Positions 55,931-64,000 of a stretch of DNA of 64,000 nt are shown here, one piece after another. Each line of letters opens with the position of its first letter. The first letter of the stretch is position 1. The position numbers and the translations under genes are program-made. The notes under the pieces are model-generated. The model was not told the DNA's origin. It did no database searches and saw nothing but the letters and a program-made list of their open reading frames with translations. Source of the stretch: Candidatus Bathyarchaeia archaeon (lineage in GTDB: Archaea > Thermoproteota > Bathyarchaeia > Bathyarchaeales > Bathycorpusculaceae); assembly GCA_050012255.1 (NCBI GenBank), contig JBEKHN010000005.1, positions 32,001-96,000 on the forward strand, in the 5' to 3' direction.

Positions 55931-56485
55931 CTACCCGCTTGGGCTGATCTCTATTCTTGCAAACATCTCTCTCTTGGCCTTGCATATCGGGCAAACGTAG
56001 GGCGGGTCTTCGCGAAACACCACGTAACCGCACTGCCTGCAATACCATAGTTTCTTCTTCACCTCAACAGACTGGCCCTCAGCCTTCACCACAGGCGTCT
56101 TTTCAGCCGCCGTTCCCGTAGCTGCCTCTCCAGTTGCAGTTGCAGCATAGGCTCTGGCCTGCTTGTCCGCGGGTCTGCGTTCTGGAATCGGAAGGATGGG
56201 GGTCTTGCCTTCGTACAAATCCTTTCGGACGTAGAGGGCGCAGTAGCAGCATCCGTGTTCTGCAACGTCGGGGTCTCGATAGTCGCATGGACAGATTATG
56301 TCTCTGTCCAACTCGAACTTTCCCGAGGCGCGCCTGCAGGGACACGATGGGTAACCGTATCTCTCCTCGTTTCGCTTCAACCCTTCCAGCAGATCTTTGA
56401 GGAACTCAGGGTCAGGGTTTAGGTAGTAGCCGTATGTCTTGGCGTCAGCCTCGGCTCTCTGCCGGACTTTCTCAACGGTGATCAA
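55931..56485 (-). CDS. Ferredoxin:thioredoxin reductase catalytic subunit fused to a rubredoxin-like domain
   Basis: YGYPSCPCR, DIICPCDY, CYCALY; C-term WYCRQCGY..PPYVCPICKA. Confidence 0.92.
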   Translation of the reverse strand: MITVEKVRQRAEADAKTYGYYLNPDPEFLKDLLEGLKRNEERYGYPSCPCRRASGKFELDRDIICPCDYRDPDVAEHGCCYCALYVRKDLYEGKTPILPIPERRPADKQARAYAATATGEAATGTAAEKTPVVKAEGQSVEVKKKLWYCRQCGYVVFREDPPYVCPICKAKREMFARIEISPSG

Positions 56486-56781
56486 AGATCCAAGGCCTCT
56501 TTTATTTTGTCTTTGCGAAAACCAGTGATCACAGTTTTATCATCAACGATCAGCGTCGGATAGCTAGGTTCTCCTCCTTTGCTGACGATGTCTTTTCTGA
56601 TCTTCTCGTGGTCCTCGTCACTGGTCAGGTCAACGTCAACGTACTCGTACTCCACGTTGTTTTCATTCAGGAATCTCTTCGTCATCTTACACCAGGCACA
56701 CGTGCTTATCGCGTACATCAACACCTTGTGCGTGTTGTTCTTGCCTGCGACTTTGACCTTGCTCACGTTATCACCTACCAT
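56482..56781 (-). CDS. Glutaredoxin/NrdH-like protein
   Basis: STCAWCK, SYPTL, ITGF; coupled to FTR. Confidence 0.9.
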   Translation of the reverse strand: MVGDNVSKVKVAGKNNTHKVLMYAISTCAWCKMTKRFLNENNVEYEYVDVDLTSDEDHEKIRKDIVSKGGEPSYPTLIVDDKTVITGFRKDKIKEALDL

Positions 56782-56939
56782 TTTGCATTGAGCGTTATCA
56801 TTGCCCTAGATATAACAATTTAGCTTCCTTGAATGAAGCATCGTAGATGCATACAAGATTCTCGGAAGCTTGTTTTCAGAACGCGGATGCTATCGCAGAC
56901 CTTGAGAGTCTTTTCTGCCTCGAAACAATAGTTATCTTG

Positions 56940-58313
56940 CTAGGGCTGTTTCAGGTTGCTGAACGCGTTTTGAACGACTTCAGTCATTGAGGGATGAATG
57001 TGTAATCCTCTGAAGATCGGAACGAAAGTCCCGTCTCCTGAAGCCATCGCGTTGATGACTTCCTGAATCAGCATAGAAGCAAAGGGGCCGATTATGTGTG
57101 CGCCGAGGATTCTTCCAGTTTTCTGTTCAACGATGACTTTCACGAACCCTCTTGTTTCAGCCATTGCAGCTCCCTGTGCTGTGTCTTTGTAAAAGGCTCT
57201 TCCAACCAAAATCTTGTATCCTGACTGCGAAGCCTCGGCCTCCTTCATGCCTACTGAAGCGACTTGCGGATGCGTGAAAACAGCGTGAGGCGCTGCGCCG
57301 TAATCGACCTTCACCTTGTGATTGTGCACGGAGTTGTGCCAAGCAACTTGGGCTTCATAGTTTGCAACGTGTTTGAACATTTGCTTGCCGATGGCGTCGC
57401 CGAACGCAAATATGTTCTTCTTGCGGGTTTCGAGAAACTCGTTCACTCTCACAAATCCCATCTTGTCCAGTTCGACTCCTGTTCTTTCTGGCTTCAGCAT
57501 GTCGGAGTTGGGAACTCGTCCAGCGGCTATCAGTATAGCGTCTCCAGAAAATTCCTTGATCTGCCCACTGACTAGGCTTTTAGCTACCACTGCCTTGGTG
57601 CTGCCTTTTTCCATAACTTCAACGGCCTCGTAGTTCGTGAAAATCTCCATCCTTTTTCCCATCTCCTCTGTGAATAGCTGTGAGACCTCCGGTTCTTCGT
57701 CAGGCAAAATTCTCGAGTTTCTCTGAATCATTATTACCTTGGTTCCTAAGCTGGAGAAGAAGTGCCCGTACTCTGCGGCGATGTACCCTCCTCCGATGAC
57801 AACCATGCTCTTGGGCAGCGCCTCAAGGCTCAGCACCGTATCGCTTGTCAAAAAGCTCACATTCTCTATTCCTTTGAGCGGAGGAACATCCGGCCTGGCC
57901 CCTGAAACGATGAAGACCTTGTCTGCTTTCACCACGTCTTCTCCCGTTTTCACCGTGTAATCCGAAACAAACTCGCCATCGCCTTTGAACCACCTGATCC
58001 TAGGGTCTTCCTCTACGGCTCTTGTCTGCCGTTCAACATCTTCTTCAACAAGCTTGTGCATTCTCTTCATAATTCCATCAAAGTCGATGGTGTCGATCAT
58101 CGCTCTTATCCCCAGTTTTTCCGCTTCATGAATCACGCTCGCAACATCTGCAGGATAGATCAGCATCTTCGAAGGTACGCACCCACGGTTCATGCATGTT
58201 CCCCCGATCGGTCCAGACTCAACCAACGCTGTTTTCAGACCGTTTGCAACCGCGTTCGCGGCCACTATCATTCCAGAGCCTGCACCAATTACGAGAACGT
58301 CAAACTTTTCCAT
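56940..58313 (-). CDS. Pyridine nucleotide-disulfide oxidoreductase (dihydrolipoamide dehydrogenase / mycothione reductase-like)
   Basis: GAGSG, GGTCMNRGCVPSK, GGGYIAAE, FKHVANYEA, HIHPSMTE. Confidence 0.9.
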   Translation of the reverse strand: MEKFDVLVIGAGSGMIVAANAVANGLKTALVESGPIGGTCMNRGCVPSKMLIYPADVASVIHEAEKLGIRAMIDTIDFDGIMKRMHKLVEEDVERQTRAVEEDPRIRWFKGDGEFVSDYTVKTGEDVVKADKVFIVSGARPDVPPLKGIENVSFLTSDTVLSLEALPKSMVVIGGGYIAAEYGHFFSSLGTKVIMIQRNSRILPDEEPEVSQLFTEEMGKRMEIFTNYEAVEVMEKGSTKAVVAKSLVSGQIKEFSGDAILIAAGRVPNSDMLKPERTGVELDKMGFVRVNEFLETRKKNIFAFGDAIGKQMFKHVANYEAQVAWHNSVHNHKVKVDYGAAPHAVFTHPQVASVGMKEAEASQSGYKILVGRAFYKDTAQGAAMAETRGFVKVIVEQKTGRILGAHIIGPFASMLIQEVINAMASGDGTFVPIFRGLHIHPSMTEVVQNAFSNLKQP

Positions 58314-58517
58314 AAAAAATCCTCAGACCACGCGTGAAAACTATCAGTGTGATGGGGCGCAGTCGTTTTTAAGGTTTCTCCGAGTCCAAACGGCGATTGA
58401 CGACGCCAAAGAAAAGACGCATAGGAACAGTGTTCGCTGCAACCAGTGAAAGGCCAGCGTTTCCGAAAAGACTTTATAAAGCGTTGAACACTAGACAGAA
58501 ACGCAGGTTGAAGGCGT

Positions 58518-59474
58518 ATGGAACGTGAACAGGTTTTCAAGAAGATTCTGTTTCTAACAGACGGTTCGGATCGAGCGCGCTCTGCTCAGGAACTGGCGAT
58601 TCTGCTAGCTAAGAAGCTGGGTTCAGAAGTAACGGTTTTTCACGTCGTTACTCATGAACTGATGAGACCTCGCTTTAGAAACTTCTTGATGCAGGGCCGT
58701 GGCCTTTCAGACTCTGCCGACTCAGAGCCTGCTATTGTGGCTGAGAGAGAGATGCTTCATGCGCAGGGACCATCGTCTGCTGGTGCACACTATTCGGAAA
58801 GAATAGAAGATGAGCTTACCAGTATTTATCGCCAGCAGGGAGAAGATATCGTTGCTGACGCTGCGCTTGCGTTCAAAGAGGATGGTGTACATGCTGAACG
58901 GAAGGTTGTTGAACATAAGAGCGTGGCCGAAGCGGTGATAGAGGAAGTTAACAGAGAAGATTATGACTTGATAGTGATGGGACGGAACGAGCAAGAAGGG
59001 AAGGAAGCGCACTTGGGAAGTGTAGCTTATAAGGTGTCACGCCAAGCGGATATACCTGTGCTGGTCGGGGGAGAAAAACAGTCAATTTCAACGGTGCTTG
59101 TGCCACTCGACGGCTCAAAGGGTTCCGAAAACGCGCTAATGTGTGCTGCTGCTTTGTCCAAGAAACTCAACGCGAAGCTAACGTTACTTCACGTCCAAGA
59201 ATCGCACCTGTTCGGCGTGCGGCCTGAAGTTTCCAAGGCTATTGGAAGAGGCATTCTAGCCGACGCTGCTGGAAAGCTTAGTGGGATGAGTTTTGAACAG
59301 AAACTAGAGTCTGGAGACCCTGCTAGAAAAATCTCAGAGATCGCCGAGAAAGAAGACTTTGATATCATAGTCATGGGGGGCAAAGGTCATAGCGATGCAA
59401 GCGGATCACTGCTTGGCAGTGTAAGCAACCATGTTTTGCATTATACGAAGCACCCAGTCCTCATCGTAAAATGA
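58518..59474 (+). CDS. Tandem-domain universal stress protein
   Basis: ILFLTDGS..DLIVMG..LGSVAYKV; VLVPLDGS..DIIVMG..LGSVSNHVL..PVLIV. Confidence 0.92.
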   Translation: MEREQVFKKILFLTDGSDRARSAQELAILLAKKLGSEVTVFHVVTHELMRPRFRNFLMQGRGLSDSADSEPAIVAEREMLHAQGPSSAGAHYSERIEDELTSIYRQQGEDIVADAALAFKEDGVHAERKVVEHKSVAEAVIEEVNREDYDLIVMGRNEQEGKEAHLGSVAYKVSRQADIPVLVGGEKQSISTVLVPLDGSKGSENALMCAAALSKKLNAKLTLLHVQESHLFGVRPEVSKAIGRGILADAAGKLSGMSFEQKLESGDPARKISEIAEKEDFDIIVMGGKGHSDASGSLLGSVSNHVLHYTKHPVLIVK

Positions 59475-59653
59475 GCTTAGAGTGGCGAGTAGATTAGAAC
59501 TAAATAACGCTTCGCACATCAGCGCTGCATTTTGCTACAACCAGAATATTCCGGCTGTAGAATGAGTTCGCAAAAAGTGAAATTGACAAGGGGACGACCA
59601 TTAATAAACGGTTTCAGAGCAATTGTTTCGGTGCCAAGAGCCTAGAGGCGTGA

Positions 59654-60025
59654 TCAGCCTCCGTAACGCCCCAGGATGTAGAAGAGCACAAGTACCCCAG
59701 CCGCGTACGCGGTTATGAACCCAATGAACACGCCTAATTGCGGCGCCACGTAATCTTGTGCGTACCAAGCTATCACTCCGAGGCCCGTTAGAGCTATGAT
59801 GCCTGCGAGGTACTTCAAGTTCGTTTTGATTCTGAATTTGAGCCTGCTCAGAACAAGAATAGCGGCGGCGTATCCTATCATGCAATAAAAGAACCCACCC
59901 ACCTGCTGGACGCCGATCATATCCTGAAGGACATATTGCTGTGTCCACCACACTAATACTCCTAGGCCCGCCAGAACTATGATGCCTGCGAGGTACTTCA
60001 AGTTCGCTCCAAATCCAGTACTCAT
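59654..60025 (-). CDS. Four-TM membrane protein built from an internal tandem duplication
   Basis: NLKYLAGII.L.GLGV..W..Q.YV twice; identical 30-bp DNA at 59794-59823 and 59977-60006. Confidence 0.75.
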   Translation of the reverse strand: MSTGFGANLKYLAGIIVLAGLGVLVWWTQQYVLQDMIGVQQVGGFFYCMIGYAAAILVLSRLKFRIKTNLKYLAGIIALTGLGVIAWYAQDYVAPQLGVFIGFITAYAAGVLVLFYILGRYGG

Positions 60026-60153
60026 CTTCCAACCCCTTTTCATGGTATATCCATTCGCTTTCAACTAATATTTTTGACGGTTCGATCTCTGTTCCACGAT
60101 TGAACCACCAAGTTCAGTGTTCTTACCGAGACAATGAAAGCGCAACGGTCGTT

Positions 60154-60768
60154 TCACTTCAGCACTGCTTCCAGTCTCTTGCTTACTTCGTTCCAGTTCA
60201 CGATGCTCCAGAATGCCTCTACGAACTTCGTTCTGTCGTTTTTGTAGTCGATGTAGTACGCGTGCTCGAACACGTCGAGAACCATGAGAACCTTGTACGT
60301 GGGATAAACGTTCGTGTTGTGTTTCTCTATCTGCATGATTAGCGGCCTGCTCGTCTGAGTGCACCTTGAAAGAGCCGCCCATCCGGAGCCTTCCACGCTG
60401 GTCGCCGTCTGCGTGAACTCCTTCTTGAATCGGTCGAAGCTTCCGAACTCTTTCTCCAACCAATCGCTTAATTTGCCCCCCGGTTTTCCTCCTGCCTTGC
60501 TCGGTGGCGCTAGGTTGCCCCAGAACAGGGAATGCAACAGGTGTCCGCCTATGTTCCATGACAACTCTTTCAAAGTGGACTTGACGTCCAAGTCGGCGTT
60601 CTCTTTCCTCGCCTTGTCAAGCTTCTGAAGTATCGCGTTTGCGCCGTTTACGTATGCTTGATGATGTTTGTCGTGGTGTATCGTTAACTGTTCCTTGGAC
60701 ATGTGCGGTTCAAGGTCTGCGTAATCGTAAGGCAGTTTTGGCAAAGCGTAAAACTTGTCCTGTTCCAT
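60154..60768 (-). CDS. sod: Fe/Mn superoxide dismutase
   Basis: [38 protein letters not shown]. Confidence 0.96.
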   Translation of the reverse strand: MEQDKFYALPKLPYDYADLEPHMSKEQLTIHHDKHHQAYVNGANAILQKLDKARKENADLDVKSTLKELSWNIGGHLLHSLFWGNLAPPSKAGGKPGGKLSDWLEKEFGSFDRFKKEFTQTATSVEGSGWAALSRCTQTSRPLIMQIEKHNTNVYPTYKVLMVLDVFEHAYYIDYKNDRTKFVEAFWSIVNWNEVSKRLEAVLK

Positions 60769-60908
60769 GTCTGTTTCGCCTTTGTTACAACACTTGCTTT
60801 CCTGCAAATCTTAAATCTTTCGCCTGTTGAGCCAACGCCAACTGCTCACTTGATGGCAGCAAAAGGGTTATATTTTCACCAGTTATCCTGTTGAATGGTG
60901 AAAAAGTT

Positions 60909-61220
60909 TTGCCGATAGACCCAGATTTTCAGAAAAATCGCAAGGTCGTCAGTCAGCATCAGGGTCACAACGTTTGGGGGCCTGTTGAACCTCCCAAGAA
61001 GCTCGGTGTGCATGGAACAACTGTTGCAGTTGATTGGGACGTTTGCACTGGAGACGGCGTCTGCTTGGAAGTCTGCCCCGTGACAGTGTTCGATTGGGGG
61101 GACGCGTCTGGACACCCTGTTTCTGAAAAGAAGTCTGACCCTGCGAGAGAACAAGACTGCATAAAATGCATGGCATGCGAAACTCAATGCCCTACTCAAG
61201 CGATAAAGATAACTGAGTGA
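60909..61220 (+). CDS. zfx: Zinc-containing (7Fe, Sulfolobus-type) ferredoxin
   Basis: IDPDF..HQGHNVWGPVEPPKKLGVHGT N-terminal His extension; CTGDGVC..CP and CIKCMAC..CP. Confidence 0.9.
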   Translation: MPIDPDFQKNRKVVSQHQGHNVWGPVEPPKKLGVHGTTVAVDWDVCTGDGVCLEVCPVTVFDWGDASGHPVSEKKSDPAREQDCIKCMACETQCPTQAIKITE

Positions 61221-61344
61221 ACATGGAACAACAGCAAACACTCGTTGCATTTCCTTTTTTTGGACCAAGGCCGCGGTTAACGCTGATGGTTGTACGAAAG
61301 GCTTTTTACTTTTCTCTTTAAGCTGTAGTGCATGAGGGGAAGTC

Positions 61345-61581
61345 ATGAAAGAAAAGGCTGACAGAACGTTGGATTGCTTAGGTTTGTACTGTCCTGAACC
61401 TGTTTTCAAGACGAGAATGGAACTGGATGAGTTGAAGGTCGGCGAGACGCTGGAGGTCTTGGCAGATGACCCGGCCGCAGAGTCAGACATTAGGAGCCTC
61501 GTGAAAAACTTGGAGCAAAAACTTGTAAGCGTGACCAAGAAAGGAAACGAAGTTCAAATAGTGATTAGAAAGGTTAAGTAA
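61345..61581 (+). CDS. tusA: TusA/SirA-family sulfur carrier
   Basis: LDCLGLYCPEP, LEVLADDP. Confidence 0.92.
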   Translation: MKEKADRTLDCLGLYCPEPVFKTRMELDELKVGETLEVLADDPAAESDIRSLVKNLEQKLVSVTKKGNEVQIVIRKVK

Positions 61582-61614
61582 GTAGCAGCTAAACGCGTGT
61601 CAAGTGAAAAATGC

Positions 61615-62799
61615 ATGTCGACGACGCAGCGAGTTTACATGGACCATGCGGCTGGAAAACCTGTAGAGCCTCGGGTCACAGAGGCCATGCTGCCTTATAT
61701 GGAATCGTCTTTCGGCAACGCTTCATCCTTGCACGTGTTCGGCCAAGAGGCTAAGCGCGCACTTGAAGACGCGCGGGCAAAAGTTGCTGCGTTGATTAAC
61801 GCTGAAAAAAGGGAGTCTATAATTTTCACTTCAGGAGCCACCGAGAGCAACAACATGGCAATAAAAGGAGTTGCAAACCGGAACAAGGACCATGGAACAC
61901 GAATAATAACGTCAGCGATTGAGCACATGTCAGTGGTCAACTCGTTCAAGTTCTTGACCACAAGAGGATTCGAATCCGTCTTCGTTCCAGTTGACAAGTA
62001 CGGTTTTGTGATTCTCGAGAACCTGGAAAAAGTATTGACCGATAAGACAATCTTCGTTTCTATTGTATACGCAAACGGCGAAATAGGAACAGTTGAACAC
62101 ATAAGGGAAATCAGCAAAATTGTGCACAGCAAGAATGCTTACTTCCATGTAGATGCCACAGCCGCTTGTGGGCAGGTTCCGATAGACGTGAAAAACGAGA
62201 ACATAGACCTGCTCACGATCTCCTCCAACGACATGTATGGCCCTAAGGGTGTCGGTGCCCTGTACATCAAGGCAGGAGTGCCGGTGGAACCATTGTTACA
62301 TGGCGGTGGACAGGAACGTGGGTTAAGGTCGGGAACAGAAAACCTGCCCGGCATAGTTGGTTTCGGAAAGGCTGCTGAAATAGCCAAGAGGGAAATGCAG
62401 ACTAATAGTGTCCAGCTGACAAAGTTGAGAGACAGATTCATTGATGGTTTGTTGAAGCCAATTCCATATTCATTCTTGAATGGGCATCCGACAGAACGAC
62501 TGCCTGACAACGTTTCCGTTAGGTACAGTTTCATAGAGGGTGAATCGATGCTGCTGAGCCTTGACATGATCGGCGTTTATGCGTCGTCAGGTTCAGCCTG
62601 CACAGCAAAAACCTTGGAACCCTCGCACGTGCTGTTAGCAATTGGACTTAAACATGAGGAAGCACATGGTTCCCTGATGTTCACTCTGGGGAAGGAGAAC
62701 ACTGCGGAACAGGTTGACTACGTAATAGGCTTGATGCCTGCCATAGTAAAAAGGTTAAGAGCGATATCGCCGTTAACTCCGAAGGAGCTGAACGTTTGA
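61615..62799 (+). CDS. iscS: Cysteine desulfurase (IscS/NifS type)
   Basis: FTSGATESNN, IEH, HVDA, GGGQERGLRSGTEN, SSGSACT. Confidence 0.92.
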   Translation: MSTTQRVYMDHAAGKPVEPRVTEAMLPYMESSFGNASSLHVFGQEAKRALEDARAKVAALINAEKRESIIFTSGATESNNMAIKGVANRNKDHGTRIITSAIEHMSVVNSFKFLTTRGFESVFVPVDKYGFVILENLEKVLTDKTIFVSIVYANGEIGTVEHIREISKIVHSKNAYFHVDATAACGQVPIDVKNENIDLLTISSNDMYGPKGVGALYIKAGVPVEPLLHGGGQERGLRSGTENLPGIVGFGKAAEIAKREMQTNSVQLTKLRDRFIDGLLKPIPYSFLNGHPTERLPDNVSVRYSFIEGESMLLSLDMIGVYASSGSACTAKTLEPSHVLLAIGLKHEEAHGSLMFTLGKENTAEQVDYVIGLMPAIVKRLRAISPLTPKELNV

Positions 62800-63185
62800 T
62801 GTACACCGAGAAAGTGATGGAGCATTTCAGAAACCCACGGAACATGGGCGAGATCCCGGATGCGGATGGTATAGGCACGGTGGGTAACCCTGTTTGCGGA
62901 GACCTCATGACCATCTACATCAAGGTCAAGGACGGTCGTCTCGAAGACATCAAGTTCAAGACTTTCGGCTGCGGGTCAGCGATCGCGACGAGCAGCATGA
63001 TCACGGAGCTGGCCAAGGGGAAAACGTTGGAGGAAGGAATGAAGATCACCCGCGCAAACGTCGCAGACTCTCTCGGCGGCTTGCCACCTGTCAAGATGCA
63101 CTGTTCAAACCTCGCGGCTGACGCGCTGCACGCTGCCATAGAGGACTATTTTAAGAGACAGAAGGCCAAAGAGGTGAAAGGATGA
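62799..63185 (+). CDS. iscU: Fe-S cluster scaffold IscU/NifU
   Basis: GNPVCGD, FGCGSAIA, LPPVKMHCS. Confidence 0.95.
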   Translation: MYTEKVMEHFRNPRNMGEIPDADGIGTVGNPVCGDLMTIYIKVKDGRLEDIKFKTFGCGSAIATSSMITELAKGKTLEEGMKITRANVADSLGGLPPVKMHCSNLAADALHAAIEDYFKRQKAKEVKG

Positions 63186-63343
63186 AGCCCAAATTCGTCA
63201 GATGCGAATACTGCAAGGCTGAGATACAGCAAGAAACGTGCAGACTCGCGGCCTACACGACCACGATAGACGGAAAAGAGTACGCCTTCTGCTGCGTCAG
63301 ATGCGCCGAGCGGTACGAGCAAAAGAAAGCAAAGGCAAAATAG
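63182..63343 (+). CDS. TRASH/YHS-like small metal-binding protein
   Basis: MKPKFVRCEYCKAEI..TIDGKEYAFCCVRCAERY; ATGA overlap with the iscU stop; missed by the ORF track. Confidence 0.8.
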   Translation: MKPKFVRCEYCKAEIQQETCRLAAYTTTIDGKEYAFCCVRCAERYEQKKAKAK

Positions 63344-63401
63344 CTGAGAACAAAGTTTTAAGCATTGAACGCGTGACTTCTGTGTTGAAAGGTGATGTGC
63401 G

Positions 63402-63620
63402 TTGGCTTGCTGGAAATGGTTTAACGACGTGCTGAAGGAGGCAGGTGTCAAGGTGACCGACAAGAACAAGGGCAAGGTTGACGAGGTTATTCACAAGTAC
63501 ATCGGTGAGCAGTCGAGCTACGGAAGTTGCTCCGCAGACTGGCGAAAGGCCAGAACGCAGATTCAGGGAAACGAAAAGATGAAGAAGGAACTGATCGCAA
63601 AGCTCAAAGCCTTGACTTAA
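63402..63620 (+). CDS. Small hypothetical protein
   Basis: 72 aa, AGGTGA upstream of TTG; two Cys-Trp-containing motifs. Confidence 0.72.
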   Translation: MACWKWFNDVLKEAGVKVTDKNKGKVDEVIHKYIGEQSSYGSCSADWRKARTQIQGNEKMKKELIAKLKALT

Positions 63621-63771
63621 GATTTTTTCAACCACATTCCAATTCTAGACAAACTTCCATTTTTGTTTGATCCTGGCGGTAGTTGAGTGCGGCCTCTCCT
63701 GCAGAGGCCTCGCGGCGTTTTTCACAGGTTTCCAACGCATGATGCTGAAGACCCGTCTTGGTCAACGGTTT

Positions 63772-64000
63772 TCACTTTGTCCGCAGGGACACATCTCCGG
63801 CGAAAACATGTTTGAGGGCTCCGTTCTCAAGCATGAGAATCAGGACTCCGTCCCTGTCCACGTCATAGGCCAACCCTGTGATCTTTTCGTTTCTGTCTGT
63901 CACTTCGACCTGTTGGCCGAGGAAGCCAGCGTACCTTTTCCATTGCTTAAGAATCGAGCTGAAGCCTCTTCTGGTGTAGAGTACATACGTTGCTTCCAGC
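63772..64000 (-). CDS. birA: Biotin-protein ligase C-terminus (partial, runs off window)
   Basis: Manual translation ..ILKQWKRYAGFLGQQVEV..GLAYDVDRDGVLIL..VFAGDVSLRTK*. Confidence 0.82.
   Translation of the reverse strand, partial: LEATYVLYTRRGFSSILKQWKRYAGFLGQQVEVTDRNEKITGLAYDVDRDGVLILMLENGALKHVFAGDVSLRTK

Noticed and set aside
1-64000. CRISPR array, rRNA or complete tRNA
   Set aside because: No regularly spaced identical repeats with unique spacers and no rRNA-like sequence; only a tRNA 3' fragment was seen.

Overview
Archaeal chromosomal window, most consistent with Bathyarchaeia (inferred from HdrA/HdrA-MvhD, cofD/cofE, W-type AOR, a Sulfolobus-type zinc ferredoxin, frequent TTG/GTG starts and PEF/PEP-type surface proteins). 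Core blocks are AOR + ferredoxin (1-2.4 kb), cofED / polyferredoxin-hdrA-hdrA::mvhD (12.4-20 kb), lhr/apt/mtnP (40-48 kb) and a redox-stress/Fe-S block (54-64 kb). Between them lie patchwork accessory regions: hicBA, sensor kinases, a TPR protein, DUF3795 paralogs, a type IIG R-M enzyme, an NHL surface protein, gene scraps, micro-ORFs and a tRNA-Gln 3' fragment. The strongest unexplained signal is the palindrome (TA)GCGCGC(GC)(TA). By eye it occurs at about 25 mostly intergenic sites and only about 5 times inside recognised CDSs. It brackets individual accessory genes and sits at the break point of four recognisable truncated genes. This points either to an undescribed short-site recombination/shuffling system or to a HIP1-like methylation-linked motif process. 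No integrase, transposase, CRISPR array, rRNA or complete tRNA was seen. All family assignments come from motif recognition, not database searches.
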